DNA of 47,362 nt from Octopus bimaculoides. Its lineage: Eukaryota. The stretch spans positions 69,212,753 to 69,260,114 of the forward strand of contig NC_068983.1 in the NCBI RefSeq assembly GCF_001194135.2, read 5' to 3'. Positions 1-11,749 of this stretch are shown here, in pieces. The translations under genes were made by a program, and so were the position numbers. The notes under the pieces are model-generated. The model searched no databases and was not told the origin of the DNA. It saw only the letters and a program-made list of their open reading frames with translations. The stretch's first letter is position 1, and each line of letters begins with the position of its first letter.

Positions 1-69
1 ATACACATATACACACATGCACACACACCTCTCACATACACAATACTCACTCACATACACAACACACAC

Positions 70-513
70 GCCAGCTGGAGGAGATGTCCTCCTGGGGCTA
101 AAAGCAACAGTAACATCCACCCCTCGGGGTCAGCCACATTTAAGTGGCAAATATACTTCACTTTATCGTGCAGTTACTGTTAATACCTCGTTCAGAGATT
201 TAACATTGGTTGTTTTCACTTTTTCGATATCAGTGAATAATTTCACTGGAGAAAGTTACATATATTTGCCAAGGGATGTCTTTTGCATCGAAGGTCGGCG
301 ATTGTCGTACGCTGAAGAAGAGAAATAACCCTGAAACTCGGGTACTACGTATCGTAGATCAAGATGGGAAAGATAACTTCCCTCGGCAAATACAGACAGG
401 GCACAGATGTGTGTCGATAGCCAGCTGGAGATGTCCTCCTGGGGCTAAAAGCAACAGTAACATCCACCCCTCGGGGTCAGCCACATTTAAGTGGCAAATA
501 TACTTCACTTTAT
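70..513 (+). mobile_element. Partial tandem unit (about 350 bp period), Penelope pLTR / retrozyme-like
   Basis: Near-identical direct repeat at 70-166 and 420-513 (one GAG indel) flanking a core that contains a hammerhead motif. Confidence 0.6.
305..349 (+). ncRNA. Minimal type I hammerhead ribozyme motif (slightly mutated)
   Basis: cgtacg-CTGAAGA(312-318)-agagAAATAAccct-GAAAC-tcgg-GTA-ctacg. Stem II has 3 of 4 pairs, stem I is cgta(c)g/ctacg with one bulge, and the cleavage triplet is GUA. Confidence 0.6.
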
Positions 514-575
514 ACACTATAATATATATTTGCGAACGCACACGCACATATACATATCTATGAACACACACGCAA

Positions 576-608
<33 letters not shown>

Positions 609-846
609 AATATATATATACATACGTATAAATATATTATATGCATACATGCACACATGTTCACAAACAAACTTCTACTCAGAGATAGAAAGAGAGCGAG
701 AAAGAATGTGTGTGTGTGAGCGAGAGAGAGAGAGAGAGAAAGAGGGAGGAGGAAAGTGAGACAGAAAGATAAACAGATATCTTCTTTTGTGAATAGCGCT
801 TAGTTGAGGGTTCAAATGAAAGACATAGTTTTCAGAATCACTTGAA

Positions 847-1221
847 ATGATGTTGTTGTTGGCACTCCGTCGCTTACGACGTCGAGGATTCCAGTTGATA
901 CGATCGACGGAACAGCCTGCTCGTGAAATTAACGTACAAGTGGCTGAGCACTCCGCAGACACGTGTACCTTTAACGTAGTTCTCGGGGATATTCAGCATG
1001 ACACAGTGTGACAAGGCTGACCCTTTGAATTACAGGTACAACAGGAAGTAAGAGTGAGAGAAAGTTGTGGTGGAAGAGTACAGCAGGGTTCGCCACCATC
1101 CCCTGCCGGAGCCTCGTGGAACTTTAGGTGTTTTCGCTCAATAAACACTCACAACGCCCGGTCTGGGAATCGAAACCGCGATCCTATGACCGCTCTAACC
1201 ACTGGGCCATTGCGCCTCCAC
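847..1221 (-). mobile_element. tRNA-derived SINE
   Basis: Reverse strand reads gtggaggcgcaatggcccagtggtt...ggtttcgattccc (A/B boxes). The head is shared with 26936-27262 and the tail with 30925-31290. Confidence 0.85.
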
Positions 1222-1474
1222 TTTTAAAAGATATAAATATATATATATAATTTATACCTGTGTTCTCTGACCATGAAATACATATTTCATGTAGTCAACG
1301 GTCCATAAAAATAAAAACTACATCTGATATCTTCAGAGCTAACAAAAACAATCGTAACAGAACTTTGCTGGTGGAATACACATTGATAAAAGAAGAAGTC
1401 GCAGATACTCTGAAGCAACCAAAACAGAAAAACCAATTTATGCTTAGTTTGACTGCAAATACTATACAAACGTT

Positions 1475-1710
1475 GATGGCGCGTGGTCTAACAGTTAGGG
1501 TATTGCACGCACGATCGTATGATCGGAGTTTCAATTCCCGGACAGTGTGTTGTGTTTTTCAGCAAAACACTTCAATTCACTTTGTTCCAGTCCAGCCAGC
1601 TCCAACGGTAGCTAGAAGTTAATGGGGAAGTTAAACCTATGATGGGCCGGCGCATCGTTCACTTAAACGCCAAGGAAACCGAGTTAAATCCCGGATCCGT
1701 GAGTCCTAAG
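1475..1710 (+). mobile_element. tRNA-derived SINE (diverged)
   Basis: gatggcgcgtggtctaacagttagg...gtttcaattcccgg head followed by a typical SINE body. Confidence 0.75.
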
Positions 1711-1866
1711 GTGCATGACTGATTGAACTATGCTAGTTTTGCCCTAATTTCTGAAGCCAAAATTTCATATCACGTGGATATATAAATTATATATAAGTAT
1801 CATTTGAATATGTAAAACTTTGTTTTGTTTTCAGGTGCTTTCCATCTTTAGCTTCATTTATATATA

Positions 1867-1869
<3 letters not shown>

Positions 1870-1934
<65 letters not shown>

Positions 1935-2185
1935 TGGCTGTGAGTTTGATATGTATGTATGTATGACTGGTTAACTGGCTCACTGGAAGAATAGATGGTC
2001 ATGTTAACGAATGGATGGATGGATGGATGGATGGACAGATGGCTAAGTCTGCATGTGTATGCATGCAGATATGTATGCACACACACACACACACACACAC
2101 GTATATACATGCATACACACTCACGCATACACGCACACACACATGCACACACACACACATGCACACACACACACACACACACACG
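1870..2185. repeat. Compound microsatellite (TA)n/(GGAT)n/(CA)n
   Basis: Directly visible. Confidence 0.95.
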
Positions 2186-2514
2186 TAATATTTACTTGTA
2201 CACGTGCTTGCAGACTTGGATGTCACTGCATATGTGGATCTCATTAAACGCTAACCTTATTGAATAATTTTGACATTGCTTTCAATAGCTTTTGGCTGTA
2301 ATCTTTCGATTAAGCCGTGTAGTTACTGAAGATTGGTAATGAGAAAGTTTGTCACGCATATCCAAGTGTTCCGTTAATCATTGATGATAATCGAAAACTA
2401 TTGACAGTACTGAATAACTGTAGATTTCTTTAGTTCAACATAGATGTTTCCTTTTTTAACTAATCTTTAACACCATGTTAACATCTGCTGGATGACTGAT
2501 CTCAGCTAGTGTGC

Positions 2515-2558
<44 letters not shown>

Positions 2559-3099
2559 TGTAACGATTGCAACGTGGAAGACGCTTAACAGCCATTCAAA
2601 AGTGCATACAGGTTGTTAACTTCACTTAAACATGTATTATTTGTTATTTGGTGTCAACATTTTTGTCCAACGAACTGCAACGTGGTCAATGACAATATGT
2701 ATGAAGTCTGTATGTGTNNNNNNNNNNNNNNNNNNNNNNNNNNNNNNNNNNNNNNNNNNNNNNNNNNNNNNNNNNNNNNNNNNNNNNNNNNNNNNNNNNN
2801 NNNNNNNNNNNNNNNNNNNNNNNNNNNNNNNNNNNNNNNNNNNNNNNNNNNNNNNNNNNNNNNNNNNNNNNNNNNNNNNNNNNNNNNNNNNNNNNNNNNN
2901 NNNNNNNNNNNNNNNNNNNNNNNNNNNNNNNNNNNNNNNNNNNNNNNNNNNNNNNNNNNNNNNNNNNNNNNNNNNNNNNNNNNNNNNNNNNNNNNNNNNN
3001 NNNNNNNNNNNNNNNNNNNNNNNNNNNNNNNATATATATATATATATATATATAAGCATATGGATAAATTTGCACTATAATTTTAGTCCATAAATGTGT

Positions 3100-4760
3100 G
3101 TACTTCGTAACTCTCTTTTATGTGTGCGTAAGTTTATTCCATGTGCATACAGGATTGTGTGCAGGTGTTCGCCCAGATACCTTAAATGGAGATCCCCTTC
3201 CGGGAATCTAAGGTATTTATGGTATTCTTATTCCACTAGTAGTCTTCATTTGTAAAAGTGTGGATACATTTTACTTCTGGTGTGCAATTGTTATGACTAT
3301 CTGGACAATCTTTTGCGTATACCATTGTAGATGACAATGTCGTACCTCAGGAAAGGTAGTGTCTTGCTGACAATTTTGAACAGATGCTGATGCTTTCGTG
3401 ATACCTTCCACACTGGTATAGCACAATCAACTGTTACTGTCACACAGTGGAAACCTAGAGGCATCCTTATCTCTCTTGTTGACCAAGTATTTAGTAGTTA
3501 TCTCTTGTTTTGGATAGCTAACGCATAGACTTCAAAGTGAAGTATGGCTGTATTTATAACAGGTCCAGAAGAAACTATTATTCCTGTCAATGCTATTCTT
3601 CTCTCGCTTTCTATTCTGCCTATTTTGCACTTGTTTCACTTGGAAGCCATCTTGATGTTCAATTTTCTCTGTGTCGTGTCTTAAATTTACTATTCTTTCA
3701 CACTCTTCTGACACTTGTTGTAGAGTTACAGCTTCATTTTATTTCAGCTTAGCGAGAATTCTTGTTCTTACTTCTGCGTCATTTTCTGCAGTTAATCCTT
3801 GAGTAAATATCAGACATTTGAACATATCTGGTGTTAATTCGTCCATTTTCACATTCTCTGTTAACTCTACCAGTATATGTGATGTAGTCCACCTCGTTAT
3901 TCTTTTCTAGGTTCAAACATTTCCAACGTGCATTGAACAACGAGATTTTCTCGCTAAGAATTTTACACTATGTCTATTGTATCTTTAAAGTTTATGTCAT
4001 AAGGTTTTTTCGGGAGTAGGTAAAATGCTGTGATGCTCATGTTCTCCTGCTGCCAATTTTCTCAAGATTAAACGCGTTTTCATATCGTAGTCCCAATCTT
4101 TGCACTCTTTATTGAAGATTTGTTCGTATCTTCTATAGTAAGCCACGAAGGTAACTCCTTCGTCTGGTTTGTATTTAAACTTTGTGATCGAGTTCGCAAC
4201 ATAATCTGGCGAGGACTTTTTTTAGTATTTCCTGACGACTTACTCTTCATTAATTGCAGCATTTGTTGCTGTAATAATGATTGTTGTTGTAATTGCTTCC
4301 GCTGTTGCTCTTGCTGCTGCTGTTCTTCTTGCTACTGTTGTACTTGCAGTTGTAGCTGTTGCAGTTGTTGCTGTTTTTGCAACTCGAGCAAACCGGTCAA
4401 CAAATTTTCCATAATTTTTTTTTTTTTTTCGTAAAATTCGCACAAAAATACTTTGTGGGTTTGCTAATTCCTCATGAGTTTGTTAATTCCTCGTCGCCAC
4501 TGTTGTAATCCTTAATGCTGGATTGTTATAACGCCCACTCGGGTATAACAGTATAGTTAGTAGGACAAATAAGACCACGACAATCTATTGTAATCTATCT
4601 GTAACGCTTCTATCTGTAACGTTTCTCGCCCAGTAGTTAATCTATTGTCAACCTTACGCACTCTCTCTATACTGACCAACGTCACTTTATTTATAGCGAC
4701 TATCACATACCACTCGTCACGTGGGAGGGGTGCACCATTATTACTATTATCCACACAACA
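3100..4760 (-). mobile_element. Degenerate Ty3/Gypsy LTR retrotransposon: 5' LTR, PBS, gag
   Basis: LTR 4501-4760 (TGTTGT...ACAACA) and PBS TGGCGACGAGG at 4489-4499. gag starts at ATG 4412 (MENLLTGLLELQKQQQ...ANSITKFKYKPDEGVTF...FKCLIFTQGL...TLQQVSEECERIVNLRHDT) and carries stops and frameshifts. Confidence 0.85.
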
Positions 4761-4933
4761 CATACATACATACATACATACGTACATATATACATACATG
4801 CATACATACATATATGCATACATACCTACATGCATGCATGCATGCATGCATACATCTATACTTACATGATTATTGTCTCAAACATTCCAATGAAAACAGG
4901 ATTAGTGGTTCAATCCCTGTATAAGAGCATTAC

Positions 4934-5024
4934 AATTATATATTTTTGTATAACGACGAATATTGGTTTCTGTCTTGTAGGAATTAAGTATTTCTTCGTT
5001 ATCCGTATAAATGACGGCAGGTTG
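4934..5024 (-). CDS. Candidate exon 6 of spliced gene (QPAVIYTDNEEILNSYKTETNIRRYTKIYN)
   Basis: Acceptor ctaatcaatcttctgttgaag, donor AATT|gtaatg, phase 0 to 1, open frame. The AAG acceptor is weak. Confidence 0.35.
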
Positions 5025-5227
5025 CTTCAACAGAAGATTGATTAGATTAAAATGACTAAGTGCGTCGTTTGTCAGATACTGTATTCCTTGTTTGGTAAAA
5101 GTGTTACTACATAGGATTCTCTCTCCCCTTCATTCACTCACTCTTCTCCTCTCCACCCTCTCTCTTCCCCTCTCTCCCTTTCTCTCACTCCAGATACATA
5201 ATCATGCATACACGCGGTCCATATGTG

Positions 5228-5522
<295 letters not shown>

Positions 5523-5694
5523 TACATATAAAGGCTAGTTTATGTGCTTCTATACACATAAACACACTAACATATAGACATACAAACACAGGGAGGAGGA
5601 AGCAGAGAAAATATTCAATATACATAAATGTAGAACATATTGTTCCCTAAACTAGCAAGTTGAGATGCACTTTACAATACCTTCCTCACAATAC

Positions 5695-5741
5695 CTGGCA
5701 TAAATCATAGAAAGAATAGGTGAAGTTGATAGATATTTCAT
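5695..5741 (-). CDS. Candidate exon 5 ((Y)EISINFTYSFYDLCQ)
   Basis: Acceptor ctgtctttctcag, donor CAG|gtattg, 47 bp, phase 1 to 0. Confidence 0.45.
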
Positions 5742-5804
5742 CTGAGAAAGACAGCTATTCCATAAATGAATAAACGTTACTTCTTGCCCAAATCTAGATG
5801 TGTG

Positions 5805-5837
<33 letters not shown>

Positions 5838-6139
5838 TGAGGGGGATCTTCCTTATTAATGTATTCTGTTAATCTTACTGTACCACGAAATCCCGAGACA
5901 CAAAATTAATTTTCCAATTGATTTTCATGCTATATAAATGACAACGGACATTTTCGAAAGAAAAACAACAACAGGCAATACGATCACTTTTATGTATAAT
6001 ATTTATCATTTTGAAAAGAAATACATTAGGAAATAAATAATAATTGTAATATTGTAATAATATACGTGCTTACCACAAAAATATGTAGACTCCTTCGTCA
6101 TCATCACCATCTACTTGAGGTGCAAAGAACCTATTAAAA

Positions 6140-6737
6140 ATTGTTTGATGTCTATAGCGCGTCATATCTTGTACAGTTTAGTGTGCGAATTAAATTCACT
6201 GTACACATTTTTTGTAATTTTTACGTGAAGGTCACGACTAGTGTTATTCCAGCAAAAACTTACAGACCTTTTTCTATGAGTACCACCCCTTTTTGCAATA
6301 CTCTTCGCAGTCAATTTATGGGAAGTTGATGGAGTTACCGTATTTTCAACTCTATACTCAACTTGGTCCTGTTGTATTTGCATCATCTCCATGTAAGACA
6401 AACTTTCTCTATGGGACACCAGCAACTCAACGACATCATCTTCTATGACATCGCTAAACCCCACATCATTTGCAAGTGTCACAATATCTTTCCGAATTTG
6501 ATGTACGAGTCTCTTTGCTTGTAGAAAACTTATAAATTCACACATATAAACTACCCATAAATTTTCCAAGGACTATTCAATGTCGAGGGTTTTACTTCAT
6601 TCCATAGCTCGGTTACCTTAGCAACAAGCATCCATTATGCTGAAATTATTCTAGAATTCTCTGTGCGTTTATCTTTCCTGCTAATTGCTTCCACAAGGTG
6701 TTTGAAAGCTCTACTCTGTCTTGATCCATTGGCTGCA
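6140..6737 (-). pseudogene. Tigger/pogo transposase C-terminal relic
   Basis: LQPMDQ...FKHLVEAI...WNEVKPSTLNSPWK...DIVTLANDVGFSDVIEDDVVELLVSH, with frameshifts and stops. Confidence 0.8.
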
Positions 6738-7670
6738 AAGACATGCAGTGAAGAACTGTGAAGAGATGGTATCTCCTTTTCTGACACCCTTCCCAAATGG
6801 AACTCGTACCATATCTATTGTACACTCAGAATCGCATCTTTGTGCGGTTTGATATATTGCATCTCGACACCTGGCATTTCTAGAGATTTTAGCTCTTCGT
6901 TCATCTCGACCCTATCGAGGACCTTTTCATAGTCGACGAAAGTGATGCATAGAAGTAGCTTGTATTCATTTGCACGTTCTATCAGCTATGTTAGTGTGAA
7001 TATGTAATCCATCGTACTATGGCTCTTACAGAAAGCTGCTTGCTTCCTCGGCTGCTGATCACCAAGGTTTTCGATTGTCTTTTGATTATGACCATCGTAA
7101 ATAGCTTATAGAGGTGTGACAAGAGACATATGGGACAATAGTTTTTATCACCCTTCTTATGAAGCAGGACCGTATTCAGCTCTTTTCACAGCGAGGCTAT
7201 TTTACTCTCCTTCAGATAACGATTGAAGTAAGAGGATTTTCCAAAGCTTTCCACATCCCAACCTTATTATCTCAATTGCTACGCTATCTTTTCCTGGAGT
7301 TTTCTCTGTTTTTATTAATTTGAGAGCATTTTCAATTTCACCGACCAAAATATGTGACACTTCTTCCAACATTTGTGGCAGTAGGGGATCGAGCTTCACC
7401 GATGATTTCAAAAGACTGGTGTAGAAAGTTTTGCATATCGCTTCCATTTCACCTTTATCTGTCACCGTGAGCCCATTCTTGTTCTTAAGTGCTGTCACCT
7501 CTGGCCTATAGAGTACCAGCTCTGGATGATCTTCAGGGTAGTATTTCCCGAGAAACGAGCAGTTAGCACTCCAACGCGTGAAGAAGTCAATTGGCAAGAA
7601 ACGATTTTTGAAGCACATTCTTTGCTTGCACCAGAATGGCTGTAGATCAGTAGTTGAAACGAGTAGAAGC
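6738..7670 (-). mobile_element. RTE-clade LINE relic: APE fragment fused to RT fragment
   Basis: APE-like SKIVSCQLTSSRVGVL..TTLKIIQ. RT-like TALKNKNG..EIENALK..KTPGKD..TFVDYEK..KGVRKGDTISSQFFTACL. Confidence 0.8.
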
Positions 7671-7801
7671 CTGAAAGAAAAAACTGAAAAAATAATTTGT
7701 AAAAATACTTTAGAGTAAAGAAAAACAAATCAAGATGAAAAATATTTTTTTTAAATAGTAAAAAAAAATATAAAAAGCTAACTAATAATTTTTTCTAATA
7801 T

Positions 7802-7995
7802 CGGTACAACACCAAAGAGGGGCATTCGATTATATTGATCTCATTGTTTAATTGGTGCTTATTTTATTGACCCTGCAAGGAAAATAGGTAAAGTCGATCC
7901 TGGAGGAATCTGAACTCAGAATGTAAAACGCCGAAAGATATGCCACGAAGCACTTTGTCCTACAAGCTAACGATTCTGTCAGCTTGTCACCTAAA
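7802..7995 (-). mobile_element. SINE (family with the gtcgac...ctgagttc core)
   Basis: Same family as 17800-18000 and 17171-17225. Confidence 0.7.
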
Positions 7996-8149
7996 CGGCT
8001 AGTAAATAAGGAAAGAAAAGAATAATAATAAAAAAAATAGGTAATACAGGATCAAAAATGTTGAAAGGTAGATAAAGTTGAACAAGTCTGCACAGATGTA
8101 TACGAAACGCACATAGATGGAAGAAAAGATACGGACAAATAGTTATAAT

Positions 8150-9350
8150 GATATAAAAGAAAATAGGGAATTCCATACATATACGTAGAAGACACGGTGG
8201 TATAGGATAGAGAACCCAGTCGCTGGAGGCTGCTTGATGGCCTTCTGTTCAGATGAGGAAGAAAAGCAAAAGTAGAAAATAGTGGAAGACAACTGGAGAG
8301 GTAAAAGCCACAGTGGCAACTGCTACTACCACTGTTTCCAGAGCAACCCAGTTCGTAGCCCGAGGATAGCCAGATAGGAAGCAAATGCTTCTTTTTTCCG
8401 TTTCGTCAGTACCGAAGACTGACGACATAGCACACAGACAACCTGAGAGGTGTTCTTATCCAGCATGCTTTTGGCCAGACACTCTAAATGGCAGATTCCC
8501 ACCCTTATTGTTTCGCTGCTATTAAGAAGAGATAGAGACTAGGGTAGGGTGGAAAATCGATATGGACAAATAGAATACAAAGAAGCGGCAAAAACGAAAA
8601 GTGAGTCTGGACCGAAGGACGCTGCAACTCTTTTACCAATTGTCAACTGACGAAGTAGAGTTTATGAACTGCTAAATAACCTAAAGAAGTACAATGCTGA
8701 CTGAGGCGCGTTTTGAGGCGAATGCGATAGACTGTTGCTGAAAATATCAATAACTATCTGACTAAATCCCCTAAGCATGTAGGATTATTCATGGTTCGGC
8801 TAAAGCTGGAGATGCACAATTTTTCGAAGCCTCTATTAGTAGAAGATACTTAGGCTGGAAGGTAAATGAAACTGTGAAGTATTCTTGTGGTGCCATGCTG
8901 AACAGATATTGTATGTATTCGACAGATAACTGGATTTATTGTGAGGATCACCACACCACCTTCTTTGAGCAGGAAAGACATGTAATTTTCTACTGCCTTG
9001 TGGTTATGGTGAAAAAGATTGTATAATGTCCGAGATCGAAAGGATTGTGATAGTAAACACTAACCCTAACCCTAACTTGTTCAGGTTCCATTTGGAGGGT
9101 ACGGTGAGGGTAGAGAAAGATGTACTATTCTTCAGTAAATTTGTTGAAAAAGAAGTGACATTGAGAATGGTCAGAAATGGATTTACTCACTTCCGAGAGA
9201 GAATACTTGAAGTTTGCTCTTACAGTATTCCAAAATTTATGGGGGTTCTTCGATTGGCCCTAAGTGGCTCCTATATTGATAGTTCTCGTTTCATTTCAAT
9301 TTCTACTGTTGATTTTCATGCCTGTTTTATAATATTCAACTCAATAAAAA
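8150..9350 (-). mobile_element. Highly degenerate non-LTR retrotransposon RT region
   Basis: Decayed RT-like motifs in order (NPHKFW, RLRKIV..QL.PN, KRV..FGPDSLF, YTTVSSTYMYG). Multiple stops. Confidence 0.5.
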
Positions 9351-10550
9351 CCTTAACCTGTTTTGTATATGTCTTTATAATGTCTTTCATACATCACCAC
9401 TGAGACAAAAAATAAGGCATTGCTCTTATTACTAGAAGTGAAAACAAGATCGATGGTGCAGTGAACATGTATTTCAGTCATTTTATTTTCTCTGGCGATA
9501 TTTTGGCTCCATCTTTCTTTCTACTGAGTTGATATAATAGGTAGCAATGAAGTATTTTGCATAATTTAACACAAGTGAGCTAAGAGAAATAACTTAGACT
9601 GACCAGAAGCAAATATTTAAACAACATTGGAAAATACAGATATATCGAGTATACAACTGCCTCTACAGGATGCGTCATAATTACCAAATGGCAATTAAAA
9701 CCACCTCCATATGAGAAGAGGAAAATAATCTCAAGATTCAAGAATTTCTCCAAAGTTGACATGCCATTGACCCGTTTTAACGTCACCACTAAGCTAGAGT
9801 GTATGTAAGAGAGTCCATTCTGTCGACAGATCTCTAGCTGAGATAATTCCCTCCCTTCCTAAAATCAACAATGAAGGCTCTGGATAAATTTCATGGAAAT
9901 TACCCTTTCTCTTTTGAGTAAACTGTTATACTCACTGTATACACACCGCTGGTCACAATTCTCTTCTTCGCATTGTTGTAGCCTTCCAATGATGCCACCC
10001 TACTGGCTAGGTGGGCAGGCAAACTAGTAAAATATCTATAAAATATAATCCTATCGAAAGTTCGAAGGTAGCAGAAGTGGTAGAGTGCCAAGCAAACTGC
10101 ATTGCTGTTTGCACAATCTTTATTCAAATAGTAACAAACTCATCTTTTGCCCTTTATCCCATAGGGGCCTATAAAGCAGGGAATAGTTGTTTTCTTTGTT
10201 ATTTAGCCCGCAGGTCATACTCAGTCGAGTAGGTCATACTCAGTCTTGTAGACTACAAGGTTCTAGCTGTTACCGTCCTGTCATTTTTCTATCATTTATC
10301 TTTTATCATTTACTTGTTTCAGTCCTTGACTGCGATCATACTGGGGTACCGCTTTGAAAGGTTTGGACGAACAAGTCGACTCCAGTACTGAATTCTTTTT
10401 AATCTGGTACTTATTCTGATGGGTTTTTTTTTATCGTAATAACATAAACAAACCATCACCAGTTGCCATGCGGTGGGGTAAGGTAGAGAAAGAAATACAC
10501 CACAAACACAAAAATACACATTCATATATATACATATATACAACTAGACA

Positions 10551-10639
10551 ACGGGCTTCTTCGAGTTTCCGTCTACCGTAAATGCCAGAGGCTATAGCAG
10601 AAGACACTTACCCAAGATGTCGCACAGGGGCACTGAACC
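10551..10639 (-). mobile_element. SINE fragment
   Basis: acgggcttcttcgagtttccgtctacc...gaagacacttacccaag matches 18583-18736 and 40801-40956. Confidence 0.75.
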
Positions 10640-10649
10640 ATCGACCGAC

Positions 10650-10771
10650 ATTCTCCAAGGTAGGAAGATGGTTCTGCTATTTCTTGCAAGTCAAACCTCG
10701 TTGGTTCAGATAACCAGTAGTCAAAACGCTGGGAACTGAAATCATAAACCGTATTGGCATCCCAAATTGTA
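10650..10771 (-). CDS. Candidate exon 4 ((S)TIWDANTVYDFSSQRFDYWLSEPTRFDLQEIAEPSSYLGE)
   Basis: Acceptor ttttaactactag, donor GAAT|gtcggt (weak), 122 bp, phase 2 to 1. Lies in an open stretch of about 80 codons with no early start codon, so it is absent from the ORF track. Confidence 0.5.
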
Positions 10772-10914
10772 CTAGTAGTTAAAATCTTTATGACAGTGTT
10801 ATAACGTTGGAAGAGTTATAACAGATATGGCTTTTATCGTCAATATAGAAAAATGTAAAATATGGCAAGCCTAAATGTCAAGTTTTGTAGTGGAAGTCAT
10901 GTATCTCGGTAGTA

Positions 10915-10957
<43 letters not shown>

Positions 10958-11000
10958 NNNNNNNNNNNNNNNNNNNNNNNNNNNNNNNNNNNNNNNNNAT

Positions 11001-11039
<39 letters not shown>

Positions 11040-11749
11040 TTAATAAATCTCAGAGCAGCAAAATTTTTTTAATTCTTATTGCTACCAGTGGTCTAGCGAG
11101 AAGAAAAAACTAGTCAATAGACTATATATTATTCATATAAATACATACAGTGTACAGTTGAACACATAAGAGAGATGTCCATAATAGGACATCTAACCCA
11201 CGAGAAGGAGCAGTCAAACTTCAAACCACAATTAGGGATAATTTCGAAAGGGNNNNNNNNNNNNNNNNNNNNNNNNNNNNNNNNNNNNNNNNNNNNNNNN
11301 NNNNNNNNNNNNNNNNNNNNNNNNNNNNNNNNNNNNNNNNNNNNNNNNNNNNGGCACTATACAAAAAAGATCGCCACAGCCCAACAGATGAACTACAGGG
11401 AGTTCAGCAAGTTTTGTGTCGTACAGCAAGTTTTGTGCCTTTTTTCAGATGTACATGTTAGCATTATCCAGATATTTTAATCCCGAACAACTTATGATAC
11501 ACTGTTAGCCTCAAGTGGGCCCTACAAAGGATTTCCGTTCCATATCCGGGGCGGAACTGCAGTAGCTGACTGATATCAAAGATCACACCCGGAGAGAGTT
11601 TCCCCGCTGTTTCGCACTCCAAAATTAATGCACAAATTCCAGCCACTAGTCTTGATCAGCACCTTCAGTAAGTTCAAAATAGTTAAGTTACATACATAAT
11701 CGAATTATAGAAACAATAGGAAAAACTCTATTACTTTTTATACTTATGT

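Noticed and set aside
1150-1221. tRNA-like sequences here and at 26936, 30960 and 40801
   Set aside because: They are SINE heads with A/B boxes followed by SINE bodies; no complete cloverleaf.
1258-1409. Minus-strand exon candidate (YLRLLLLSMCIPPAKFCYDCF)
   Set aside because: All three frames stop before the good donor, and the plus strand resembles a decayed CR1 tail. It remains possible only with a weak internal donor.
4120-4434. Cys-rich ORF resembling metallothionein
   Set aside because: It is the antisense reading of the polyQ tract of the Gypsy gag.
7517-7670. Convincing-looking minus-strand exon (LLLVSTTDLQPFWCKQRMCF...YYPEDHPEL) that also fit the exon phases
   Set aside because: Another frame reads as RTE apurinic endonuclease (SSRVGVL..TTLKIIQ) contiguous with RTE RT, so it is transposon-derived.
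11130-11650. Possible Tc1/IS630-like fragment around the 100-N gap
   Set aside because: No diagnostic motif or TIR pair could be established.
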